From: Clostridia bacterium
GTDB taxonomy: Bacteria; Bacillota; Clostridia; Oscillospirales; UBA644
Reading direction: 5' to 3'
NCBI GenBank assembly: GCA_017621705.1
Contig: JAGASR010000035.1
Coordinates: 49,549-113,548 of the forward strand
DNA length: 64,000 nucleotides
The position numbers and the translations under genes are program-made. Positions 56,498 to 64,000 of this stretch are shown here, piece after piece. The first letter of the stretch is position 1, and every line of letters begins with the position of its first letter. The notes under the pieces were generated by a model, which was given only the letters and a program-made list of their open reading frames with translations, was not told the origin of the DNA and did not search any database.

Positions 56498-57217
56498 TCA
56501 TATCGTCTCAAGCAGCGCATTTATGTTGCCGATCTCTTTAAATACCCCTGCGGAAGTGATGGGCAGAGAATTGTTTTCTTCAACGGAAGATGCTGTCTTC
56601 ACGTGAAGAGCATTATTCTCCCAATATAAAGTCTCGCCGGTCGAAAAAACCGTTCCGACATCGCCTTTTTCGCCCTTCGGGATTCTGAAATGAAGGTTGA
56701 AGATATCGTCATTCAGTGTTTTTTCAACAGAAACTTCTTCGTCGGGCTCGGCAGTTTCCGCAGACACGGTAAGACTGAGAACAGAATCGGCTATAGACTG
56801 CATTTCATCGAGCCAACCGTCATATGCGGACGGAGAGGTCGGGACAACGGGTTCAGCATTCAGAGATGTGATGATCTCGATTTTTGCGGGCGGAGTCTCC
56901 CACTTGAGATCGTCACCCTCAAAACGCAACTGCAAATAAAGATCACCGCTGTATGACGTTTGCGGAGGACAGAGCGTCCATACGGCATAAACGGTATCTT
57001 CCGTGGCTTCCGAAGACAAAAGTATATCGTCTCTTCCACCCGATGACACGGTTTTGAGATACATCGGATATTTCGACAGATCGATATTCTCGGATCCGTA
57101 ATACCTTGGGACTTCGATAATTACGGATTCTGCTTCAAAATCGTCCTGAATATTGATTTGACGCCAACCGATCGGAATATACATCCTTCGGAAGGCGTCA
57201 ACTGTTATTTTTTCCAT
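56498..57217 (-). CDS. phage baseplate/tail fibre protein (BppU-N-like N-terminus)
   Basis: ATG 57217 lies 8 nt after AAGGA. Short collagen-like stretch PKGEKGDVG. C-terminal motif LPITSAGVFKEIGNINALLETI. Confidence 0.5.
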   Translation of the reverse strand: MEKITVDAFRRMYIPIGWRQINIQDDFEAESVIIEVPRYYGSENIDLSKYPMYLKTVSSGGRDDILLSSEATEDTVYAVWTLCPPQTSYSGDLYLQLRFEGDDLKWETPPAKIEIITSLNAEPVVPTSPSAYDGWLDEMQSIADSVLSLTVSAETAEPDEEVSVEKTLNDDIFNLHFRIPKGEKGDVGTVFSTGETLYWENNALHVKTASSVEENNSLPITSAGVFKEIGNINALLETI

Positions 57218-57277
57218 TAACATCGTCCTTTCCGGGTAAACGACCTTTGCAGTCGGTCTGGGTATTTCCCGAATCGG

Positions 57278-57306
57278 ATTTTATCACATTATGTGATTTA
57301 TGTCAA
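57278..57306 (-). promoter_or_regulatory. promoter of the tail-fibre operon with an embedded 15-bp palindromic operator
   Basis: TTGACA (57306-57301), 17 nt, TGA-TAAAAT (57283-57278). The spacer contains the perfect palindrome ATCACATAATGTGAT (57283-57297). Confidence 0.7.
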
Positions 57307-57335
57307 TTACATTTTTCGTTATATGATCAATTTTA

Positions 57336-58133
57336 TCAAAGATTGGGAGTGATATCTGCGACACTTGAGCAGATAAGATCGGGCTCAACACCGTATTTTT
57401 CTATATCATCAACGGTGCTTTCACCGGAAAGAACGAGGATCGAGAGAACGCCGGCATTTTTTCCGCATGCGATATCGGTATAAAGACGGTCGCCGACAAT
57501 AGCGGTTTTTTCGACGGAAGAGCCCTTCCACTCGATCGCAGTCATTGCCATTTCTTTGCGGGGTTTGCCGATATAAAACGGAGTTTTGCCCGTGGCTTTT
57601 TCGAGCATATAGCAGATGGTTGCGCAGTCGGGAAGATATCTTTTATTGCGCGCGGGACAAACGACATCGGGATTCGTCGCAAGGAACGGAACACCGTTGC
57701 AAAGAAGATCGCAGGCAATTTCGAGTTTTTTATATTCAAGCTCCGTATCGTAGCCGACGAGGACAAAATCTATATCACCCGAGCCGTCTTCGGAAACTTC
57801 TATACCCTGCTCGATAAGCTCTTTTTTGAGTGAACGTGTGCCGACGAGATAAATTTTAGGTGACGCTTTCTGCTGTTTGATATAAATAGCGGCAGCCATG
57901 CCGGACGTAAAAATATTGCCCTCGTTTGCGGGAAGACCGATCTTTTTGAGTTTTTCGAGATACGCATCGGCGCTCTTCGAAGAGTTATTTGTCATAAAAA
58001 CATATTCTCTGCCCGTGGAAATAAGCGTTTCGATAAATTCTTTTGCGCCGTCGATAAGCTCGTTTTCGAGGTAGACCGTACCGTCCATATCAAGAAGAAA
58101 GAGTTCTTTTTGTCCTATTCTGTTCATTTTCAA
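57336..58133 (-). CDS. HAD-IIA family hydrolase (NagD/YutF-like)
   Basis: LLDMDGTVY motif I, FMTNNSS, and GDRLYTDI motif IV. Confidence 0.85.
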   Translation of the reverse strand: MKMNRIGQKELFLLDMDGTVYLENELIDGAKEFIETLISTGREYVFMTNNSSKSADAYLEKLKKIGLPANEGNIFTSGMAAAIYIKQQKASPKIYLVGTRSLKKELIEQGIEVSEDGSGDIDFVLVGYDTELEYKKLEIACDLLCNGVPFLATNPDVVCPARNKRYLPDCATICYMLEKATGKTPFYIGKPRKEMAMTAIEWKGSSVEKTAIVGDRLYTDIACGKNAGVLSILVLSGESTVDDIEKYGVEPDLICSSVADITPNL

Positions 58134-58217
58134 AAATATCCTTACCGTTTTTCTTCTATATTATCATATAATATGAAGTTTTTCAAGAAAAAAACTGTGA
58201 ATTATTCGATTATGTAC

Positions 58218-58246
58218 TTGAAATTTTCATTTAGATTTGTTATAAT
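58218..58246 (+). promoter_or_regulatory. rsmD-coaD promoter
   Basis: TTGAAA (58218-58223), 17 nt, TGT-TATAAT (58241-58246). Confidence 0.7.
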
Positions 58247-58297
58247 ATATCTTGATAAGCTATACACAGACAGATAATTAAACGGAGGACGATATCC

Positions 58298-58852
58298 GTG
58301 AGAATAATTACAGGAACAAAACGCGGTATGAAACTCCTTTCTCCGCCCGAAGACGCACCGATCCGTCCGACTGCGGACAGAACGAAGGAGTCCGTTTTCA
58401 ACCTCATACATTGCGATTTTGACGGTCCCTTCCTCGACCTTTTTTCCGGCTCTGGCCAGATGGGTATCGAGGCGCTGAGCAGAGGCGCGCAGAAAGCGGT
58501 TTTTTGCGACAACAACAAAACAGCCATCGACCTTACGACCGCAAACCTTAAAAAAGCCGGATTTAAAAATTACGAGATCTTTTACGGCGACTATAAAAAA
58601 TACCTCAAAACCACCACTCATAAATTCAATATAATATTTATCGACCCACCGTATGAAAGAGGGCTTGCGCTGAAAGCGCTTGATGTCCTCGGCAGAGAAG
58701 AATCCTGCATTGCAGATGACGGAATGATAATCGTCGAATGCAAATTCGTCGAGGATCTTCCCGAAAAGATAGGCAAACTCACGCTCGTCGATAAACGTAA
58801 ATACGGCATCGCATCCGTCCTCATTTATAAACAGGAGGACAGCGAGCAGTGA
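58298..58852 (+). CDS. rsmD: 16S rRNA (guanine966-N2)-methyltransferase
   Basis: MRIITGTKRGMKL..PTADRTKESVFN and DPPY motifs. GTG start. Confidence 0.9.
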   Translation: MRIITGTKRGMKLLSPPEDAPIRPTADRTKESVFNLIHCDFDGPFLDLFSGSGQMGIEALSRGAQKAVFCDNNKTAIDLTTANLKKAGFKNYEIFYGDYKKYLKTTTHKFNIIFIDPPYERGLALKALDVLGREESCIADDGMIIVECKFVEDLPEKIGKLTLVDKRKYGIASVLIYKQEDSEQ

Positions 58853-59328
58853 AAAGTGTACTCTGTCCCGGGACTTTTGACCCGATAACTCTCGGTCACG
58901 AAGATATAATCAGAAGGACTGCAAAGATATTCGACAAAGTTTACGTCGCAGTTCTCGAAAACATAGATAAAAAAACTGTTTTTACCGCAGAAGAAAGAAT
59001 AGCTCTCGCCAAAAAGATTTTTGAAGACGAGCCGAAAATAGAGGTTATAACTTCAAAGGGCTTGCTTGTAGATATTGCAAAAAATCTCGGTGTCTGCGCG
59101 ATCGTAAAAGGAGTTCGCGATGCGACCGATTTTTCGTATGAGCAGAAGCTTTTTCTTATAAACGATTCGCTCATGCCGGGTCTTGAAACCCTGATCATTC
59201 CATCTTTCGGCGATCAGACTTTTATCAGCTCCACGGCAGTCAGAGATATAGGTAAATACGGCGGAGACCTGTCGAAATACGTAAACGCAAAAATAATAGA
59301 TACGGTCAGCGCAAAATTAAAGGGTTAG
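58849..59328 (+). CDS. coaD: pantetheine-phosphate adenylyltransferase
   Basis: CPGTFDPITLGHEDII. GTG start overlaps the rsmD stop (GTGA). Confidence 0.95.
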   Translation: MKSVLCPGTFDPITLGHEDIIRRTAKIFDKVYVAVLENIDKKTVFTAEERIALAKKIFEDEPKIEVITSKGLLVDIAKNLGVCAIVKGVRDATDFSYEQKLFLINDSLMPGLETLIIPSFGDQTFISSTAVRDIGKYGGDLSKYVNAKIIDTVSAKLKG

Positions 59329-59378
59329 ATTTCAGATATATAAATTATTCCATGTTACAGACAGAAAGGAATTTTACA

Positions 59379-59909
59379 ATGGTCAGTGAATTCAACAAAC
59401 GTCTTGAAGAACTCGAAGATCTTCTCGAGGAGTCCTGGACTCTTCCGTTCGCAAGCAACAAATATATCGTTAACGGCGAACATCTCCGCAGCATCATCGA
59501 AGCGCTCAAAGCAAGCCTTCCCGCTGAGCTGAAAAAGGCAAAAGAAGTTCTCGACGCAAAAGACAAAACGACCGCAAGAGCTCGCGAAGAGGCAGACATA
59601 ATGGTTGAACGCGCAAAGAAGAACTCCGAGCTCATGCTTGCAAAGGCAAAGAAGACCGCTGAAGAAATAATCGAAAACGCAAAAGCCGAAGCAGAAGAAC
59701 TCGTCAACGAACAGGAGATCACCGCAATCGCAAACGAACGTGCGGAAAAAGTCGTTGAACAGGCAAAGCAGGACGCTATCAAGATGAGAGACATCACCCT
59801 GCAGTATATCGACAGCGTTATTACCGAAGGCGAAAAATCTCTCGGAAACGCTCTCGGAACGCTCAACCAGCTCAAACAGTCCTACTCCGGCTCCAAGACC
59901 GAACAGTGA
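59379..59909 (+). CDS. coiled-coil protein, unknown function
   Basis: Rich in A, E and K with a helical pattern. ATG 59379 follows GAAAGGA. Confidence 0.55.
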   Translation: MVSEFNKRLEELEDLLEESWTLPFASNKYIVNGEHLRSIIEALKASLPAELKKAKEVLDAKDKTTARAREEADIMVERAKKNSELMLAKAKKTAEEIIENAKAEAEELVNEQEITAIANERAEKVVEQAKQDAIKMRDITLQYIDSVITEGEKSLGNALGTLNQLKQSYSGSKTEQ

Positions 59910-61468
59910 ACATATTAAAACTCCGCATTGCCGCGATTGTTTTCTCCGCGGCAATGATCCTTTCATCATGTTCGATAACAGAATTTTTTGATCCCTCTTC
60001 CATCCTTGAAAACGAAACGGAAGAAGACGAAACTTTGCCCGAAATTACGGAAAGATCAAGTCTTCTGACAGTTGCGGGATATGCAGGCGAGCAGATATCT
60101 CCCTACACGAGCGAAAGCCGTGCAAACAGAGATATCGTCTCGCTTTGTTATGATGCATTGATAGATATAGACAGCTCATTTAACGCAGTAGCGCAGATAT
60201 GCGATTATTTTGAGATCAGCGGAAATAAGGCCGTTTTCCATATTGATCAGACGGCTTTGTTTTCAGACGGTTCTCACGTATCGGCGGCAGACTGCGTTTA
60301 TTCTTTTTCAAAAGCGGAAGACCCTTCGTCGGTCTATCATAACCGTTTTGAGACAATAACAGACTATCAGGCGACCGATACATATACTTTTACCGTAACT
60401 TTCTCTACAGATAACATATATAATATAAATCTCGCATCGATCCCCATCATAAAAGCGGGAAGCGACGCATATTCGGCGATTCCCAGAGGTTCCGGATCGT
60501 ATGTCTTCAATTCCGACGAAGGCGGTCTTTTTTTAACGGCAAACAAATACGCTAAAAATCCGCCTGCGACCGAAAGAATAGATATCCTCGCAGTAAACAA
60601 CTCCGAAGAGCTTCTATATAACGTAAACTACGGCAATATCCATGCCTCATATGCCGATCTTTCGGGCGGAAACTCTTCTTTCAGAGGAACTATAGAACTG
60701 ATTGATTTTACGACAAACAATCTGATCTTTGCGGTAGTAAACAAAAATAAAGAATATTTTGCATCGGTCGATGCAGTCAAAGGCATAACTTATGCGATCG
60801 ACCGTTCGGATATGGTATCGAATATCCTTTCATCATCGTCGCGCGGAGTATGGTATCCGTTCAATCCCGACTGGTATGTCACGGCAAGCTCGGATCTTAA
60901 TACCGATATTTATTCTTCGACGACGGCACACGAATATTTCACTGCCGCAGGACTGACTTTATCGGGAACGGAACGTGTATGGGACGGCGAACCGTCGGAA
61001 CTCGTTATTCTCGTCAATCAGGAAAGTCTGATAAAGACGGAAGTTGCGGAAAGTATTGCAAAAAACCTCATAAGCATGGGATTTAAGGCGACCGTCAGAA
61101 CGTTAAAATGGGACGAAATGCAGCAGGCGGTCCTTGACGGTGAATACGATATTTTCATTGCTGAAATGAACATTTTCCCGAATATGGATATATCATCCGT
61201 AACAAATAATGAGCTTATCCTTTCCGCCGCAGGGCTGAATGAATACGGAGATATCGGTTATTCGGAAAGCTATACGGATGCCGCAGAAGCATTCTATTCG
61301 GGAAAGACCGATATGCGAACTTTTCTCAGCGCATTCCAGGAAGAACTGCCGTTTATCCCCCTCTATTTTTCGGGCGGAGCGCTTGCGATGAACAGAAATA
61401 TTTCGGGCGAATTTGCGCCGAACTGCTTTGATCTTTATGCGAAAGCGGAAACATGGACGATAGAATAA
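59906..61468 (+). CDS. ABC transporter substrate-binding lipoprotein, family 5 (peptide/nickel type)
   Basis: Lipobox ILSSC. The SBP_bac_5-like region is LVILVNQES...GFKATVRTLKWDEMQQAVLDGEYDIFIAEM. GTG start overlaps the upstream stop. Confidence 0.65.
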   Translation: MNILKLRIAAIVFSAAMILSSCSITEFFDPSSILENETEEDETLPEITERSSLLTVAGYAGEQISPYTSESRANRDIVSLCYDALIDIDSSFNAVAQICDYFEISGNKAVFHIDQTALFSDGSHVSAADCVYSFSKAEDPSSVYHNRFETITDYQATDTYTFTVTFSTDNIYNINLASIPIIKAGSDAYSAIPRGSGSYVFNSDEGGLFLTANKYAKNPPATERIDILAVNNSEELLYNVNYGNIHASYADLSGGNSSFRGTIELIDFTTNNLIFAVVNKNKEYFASVDAVKGITYAIDRSDMVSNILSSSSRGVWYPFNPDWYVTASSDLNTDIYSSTTAHEYFTAAGLTLSGTERVWDGEPSELVILVNQESLIKTEVAESIAKNLISMGFKATVRTLKWDEMQQAVLDGEYDIFIAEMNIFPNMDISSVTNNELILSAAGLNEYGDIGYSESYTDAAEAFYSGKTDMRTFLSAFQEELPFIPLYFSGGALAMNRNISGEFAPNCFDLYAKAETWTIE

Positions 61469-61483
61469 AACATAATAAAACAC

Positions 61484-61517
61484 GAAAGGGCCAAGGATTT
61501 TACTCCTTGACCCTTTC
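61484..61517. terminator. bidirectional terminator between convergent genes
   Basis: 14-bp stem GAAAGGGCCAAGGA / TCCTTGACCCTTTC with one mismatch. Confidence 0.65.
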
Positions 61518-61563
61518 GCTATTCATGGCTAACTGAAATGTTCTTAATTAAATATATAAAACG

Positions 61564-62091
61564 TTATTCCGTTTCGATAACACCGTAGTTGCCGTCTTTA
61601 CGGCGATATACAATGCAGATGCGGTTATCGGCATCGGAACGGTAAACGAAGAAGTCGTGACCTACCATGTTCATCTGAAGAATTGCTTCTTCTTCGGACA
61701 TCGGGCTTACAACTATTGTCTTTCTTCTGATGATGGTCTCTTCGTCGTCCTCTTCGACATCGGAAGAGAAACCGCTTTCGAAGGTGAAATCACTGGCTTT
61801 CAAGCGTTTTTCGAGTTTGGTCTTGTGCTTTCTGATCTGTCTGATAAGAATGTCCACTATCCTGTCAACGCTTTCGCGGAAATCCTTGGTTGTTTCCTGT
61901 GCCCTGAAAATGATGCCGCTGTAATCTGCGGTGACTTCAACCTTGCAGTTATCGTCTCTTTCCAGGGTATAGATAACGTGTACGACGCAATCACCGGCAA
62001 AGAATTTTTCAAGCTTTTTGAGCTTCTTTTCAGTGTAGTCCTTGGTGCTGTCCCAAATGTGACATTTCTTTTCGATGTAGGTAATTTGCAT
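61564..62091 (-). CDS. hpf: ribosome hibernation-promoting factor, long form
   Basis: ATG 62091 lies 8 nt after AAGGAG. C-terminal dimerisation domain MSEEEAILQMNMVGHDFFVY. Confidence 0.9.
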   Translation of the reverse strand: MQITYIEKKCHIWDSTKDYTEKKLKKLEKFFAGDCVVHVIYTLERDDNCKVEVTADYSGIIFRAQETTKDFRESVDRIVDILIRQIRKHKTKLEKRLKASDFTFESGFSSDVEEDDEETIIRRKTIVVSPMSEEEAILQMNMVGHDFFVYRSDADNRICIVYRRKDGNYGVIETE

Positions 62092-62299
62092 ACGTTTCAC
62101 TCCTTATGTCAATTTGTAACACAGACCCTCGTGTTTGGGGATATTCAACTTAAAGGATCATCTGTTACGAATATATTATAGCACATTTTAACAAGAAATA
62201 AAAGTACTTTTTCGAAAAAAATTGTGTAAAACGCAATTTTCGTTAAAATCGCACAAATATGGCAAATTTGTGAACCGTCATCCCGTTAATTTCACCAAA

Positions 62300-63016
62300 T
62301 TAAAGTGTTTCAAACCAGTCGAGAGTTTTCTTTATCTGCTCGTCCCACTTCTCCCAGGAGTGTCCGCCCGAGGATTCGGAGTAAACGATATCGAGGCCGA
62401 GTTTTTTAACATGATCCGAAAATCTGCGGTTACTGTCGAGAAGGAAGTCTTCGGTTCCGCACCACATATAGATCTTCGGAGCATTTTTTTTATCGAGTTT
62501 TTCGGCAAGTCTGAAAAGATCGTCCTCTTCGGAAAGCGTTTCACCGAAAACGTTTATATGCTCCTCGTTTGCGGCAACACGAACATTCATATCCGCAGCC
62601 GACGAAAAACCTGCAACAGCCTTGAATTTATCGGGTTTGCGAAGACCGAGCTTGAGAGCGCCGTATCCGCCCATGGAAATGCCTGCGGCAAAAGTTTTTT
62701 CGCGGTCCGTCGAAATATTGAACATTGTTTTCATCTTTTCGGGAAGCTCTTCGGCAATATAAGTCCAGTATTTATAGCCGCGCGCCATATCCGTATAATA
62801 ACCTCTGTAGGTATTGGGCATTATGACGGCAAGATTACGGCTTTCGGCATAACGTTCGATCGAAGTTCGTCTCGTCCAGAGGCTGTGGTCATCGGAAAGA
62901 CCGTGGAGCAGATAAAGAACTGCCGGCGGTTCCTTTGCACGTTCGGGCATGATAACGTTAACGGGGGTTGCCATGCCTATCGTATCCGAAAACAGATTGA
63001 TCTGTAAAAAAGCCAT
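62300..63016 (-). CDS. esterase family protein (tributyrin esterase EstA / esterase D-like)
   Basis: MAFLQIN..., YLLHGLSDDHS and the GISMGGYGALK nucleophile elbow. The ATG shares 1 nt with the upstream TGA. Confidence 0.85.
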   Translation of the reverse strand: MAFLQINLFSDTIGMATPVNVIMPERAKEPPAVLYLLHGLSDDHSLWTRRTSIERYAESRNLAVIMPNTYRGYYTDMARGYKYWTYIAEELPEKMKTMFNISTDREKTFAAGISMGGYGALKLGLRKPDKFKAVAGFSSAADMNVRVAANEEHINVFGETLSEEDDLFRLAEKLDKKNAPKIYMWCGTEDFLLDSNRRFSDHVKKLGLDIVYSESSGGHSWEKWDEQIKKTLDWFETL

Positions 63017-63684
63017 CAGACGCACTCCCCTTCATGATAAAGTTCGAATTTTCCGCTTAAAACGAGATCGCGAAGACCCTTGCTGTCTTCGGGAAGAGTT
63101 TCTGAAACGATGCCGCCTCTGCCGACCATATGCTTTTCATGAGCATCGGAGCCCGAAACGATGGGAAGACCGTTTTCTTCCGCAAACTGCAGAGAAAGCT
63201 CGTTTCTCGAATGATGATGAGGATGCATATTATAGCCCTCGATACCGTCGAGATATGCAGGATCGGTTCTCGTCATGCCGTCTCTGAACGGATGCGCCTG
63301 ATAGAGAAGCACGCCGTTTTTATTGCAGTATTCATGGAATTCTTTATGAGAACTGCCGAACATATCCTTCGCGCCGAAAAGAAAATCTTTCGTTACGCCG
63401 AAAAGAAGATAGTCGTTATTCGAGCCGTCAAAACGGAATTCTGCACCGAGATAAACCTTTAAGCCGCGTTTTTCGCCTTCGCGGACAGCCGCATGATAGC
63501 CGTAAAAATAATCGGTAAAATCCTGGTCACGGAAAAAGCCCGAAGTGAAATGATCGGTAATATGTAAAGCGGAATAGCCCGCTTCTGAATAAAGCCTGAC
63601 AAGTTCCGCGCCGCGCAGATTGGAGCATCCGCTGACGGGAGATGTGTGGCAATGAAGTTCAATTTTATAAGCCAAGTCTGTCAC
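63016..63684 (-). CDS. PHP domain-containing phosphoesterase
   Basis: IELHCHTSPVSGCS metal-binding N-terminus and a GSDAH motif. Confidence 0.8.
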   Translation of the reverse strand: MTDLAYKIELHCHTSPVSGCSNLRGAELVRLYSEAGYSALHITDHFTSGFFRDQDFTDYFYGYHAAVREGEKRGLKVYLGAEFRFDGSNNDYLLFGVTKDFLFGAKDMFGSSHKEFHEYCNKNGVLLYQAHPFRDGMTRTDPAYLDGIEGYNMHPHHHSRNELSLQFAEENGLPIVSGSDAHEKHMVGRGGIVSETLPEDSKGLRDLVLSGKFELYHEGECV

Positions 63685-63749
63685 CTCTTGATTTTTATCT
63701 TTGATGACATTATACCCCCAATCCTTGCGTTTGTCAAGGAAAAATCGTA

Positions 63750-64000
63750 TCAGACCTCAAAAATATAAACGTCGCATCCGCCGCCGTTATATATTATCGA
63801 ACGAACTTCATCCGCATCATCCCTCTCGCATATGACAGAAGCGAGACACTCCTCAAGAAGTTTATCGGATCTGTCAATCTCGAAAGCGGATGAAAAATTA
63901 TTCGCTGTGTTATACGTCGGGGCGCCCCCCTTTGCGTAATACAGAATATTGTTTGCGATCCCCACCCCGTCGGATTCCGAATCGTAATATACTCTCGATT
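63750..64000 (-). CDS. hypothetical protein, C-terminal part (5' end outside window)
   Basis: The frame stays open to base 64000 upstream of the listed start. No motif was recognised. Confidence 0.4.
   Translation of the reverse strand, partial: SRVYYDSESDGVGIANNILYYAKGGAPTYNTANNFSSAFEIDRSDKLLEECLASVICERDDADEVRSIIYNGGGCDVYIFEV

Larger units (their letters stand above)
53712..57306 (-). mobile_element. isolated phage tail-fibre/receptor-binding module (prophage remnant or domesticated operon)
   Basis: Six co-oriented phage-tail-like genes with their own promoter and terminator. Housekeeping genes flank them. No capsid, portal, terminase, tape-measure, lysin or integrase gene is present in the window. 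Confidence 0.6.

Noticed and set aside
59345-59969. Two long minus-strand ORFs (176 and 204 aa) lie opposite the coiled-coil gene.
   Set aside because: They are reverse-complement artefacts of a GAA/GCA/AAA-rich coiled-coil coding region. Their translations are Ser/Phe/Ala low-complexity strings.
1-64000. I looked for a recombinase (integrase, transposase, serine recombinase), tRNA, rRNA or IS ends that could explain the cassette array or the phage-tail block.
   Set aside because: None was recognisable in any listed ORF or in the intergenic sequence by eye. Absence from this window does not exclude a recombinase elsewhere in the genome, and small RNAs could be missed without a covariance-model scan.

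Overview
This is a 64-kb chromosomal window that looks like a Clostridia-class Firmicute. That placement is an inference from gene content, from repeated TTGACA-17/18-(TGn)TATACT promoters, and from a THF riboswitch very close to the Eubacterium siraeum type. I count about 65 protein genes. Nearly all genes from 1.8 to 47 kb are on the minus strand. I saw no rRNA, tRNA, CRISPR array, transposase or integrase. Most of the window is housekeeping: argS, murI, ddl, prmC, htpG, fhs, tadA, trmL, rsmD, coaD, hpf, ruvX, acpP, an OmpR/HisKA two-component pair, and asp23-yloV. Glycan-use genes are mixed in: a partial GH2 lacZ, araD, a FucI-like isomerase, two GH4 enzymes, a GH29 fucosidase, and four tandem solute-binding-like lipoproteins. 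The stand-out region is 1.8-5.2 kb. Six short, unrelated, co-oriented ORFs (HIT, small lipoprotein, alpha/beta hydrolase, GNAT, small membrane protein, VOC/glyoxalase) are each separated by a conserved 41-bp nested-palindrome element. The array ends in complementary half-sites, has one promoter at its head, and shares a terminator at its tail. This is an integron-like cassette array whose site does not look like a classical attC, and no recombinase is visible. Other notable items: a Dcm-like protein with its catalytic Cys replaced, fused to an unknown C-terminal domain and sitting between murI and ddl. A THF riboswitch precedes a double-length FolT and fhs. A 1245-aa secreted helical protein sits next to a membrane-anchored prenyltransferase-repeat protein. 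A stand-alone phage tail-fibre/receptor-binding operon has its own operator-bearing promoter but no other phage genes. All functional calls come from reading the supplied translations and the DNA by eye; no database search was run.
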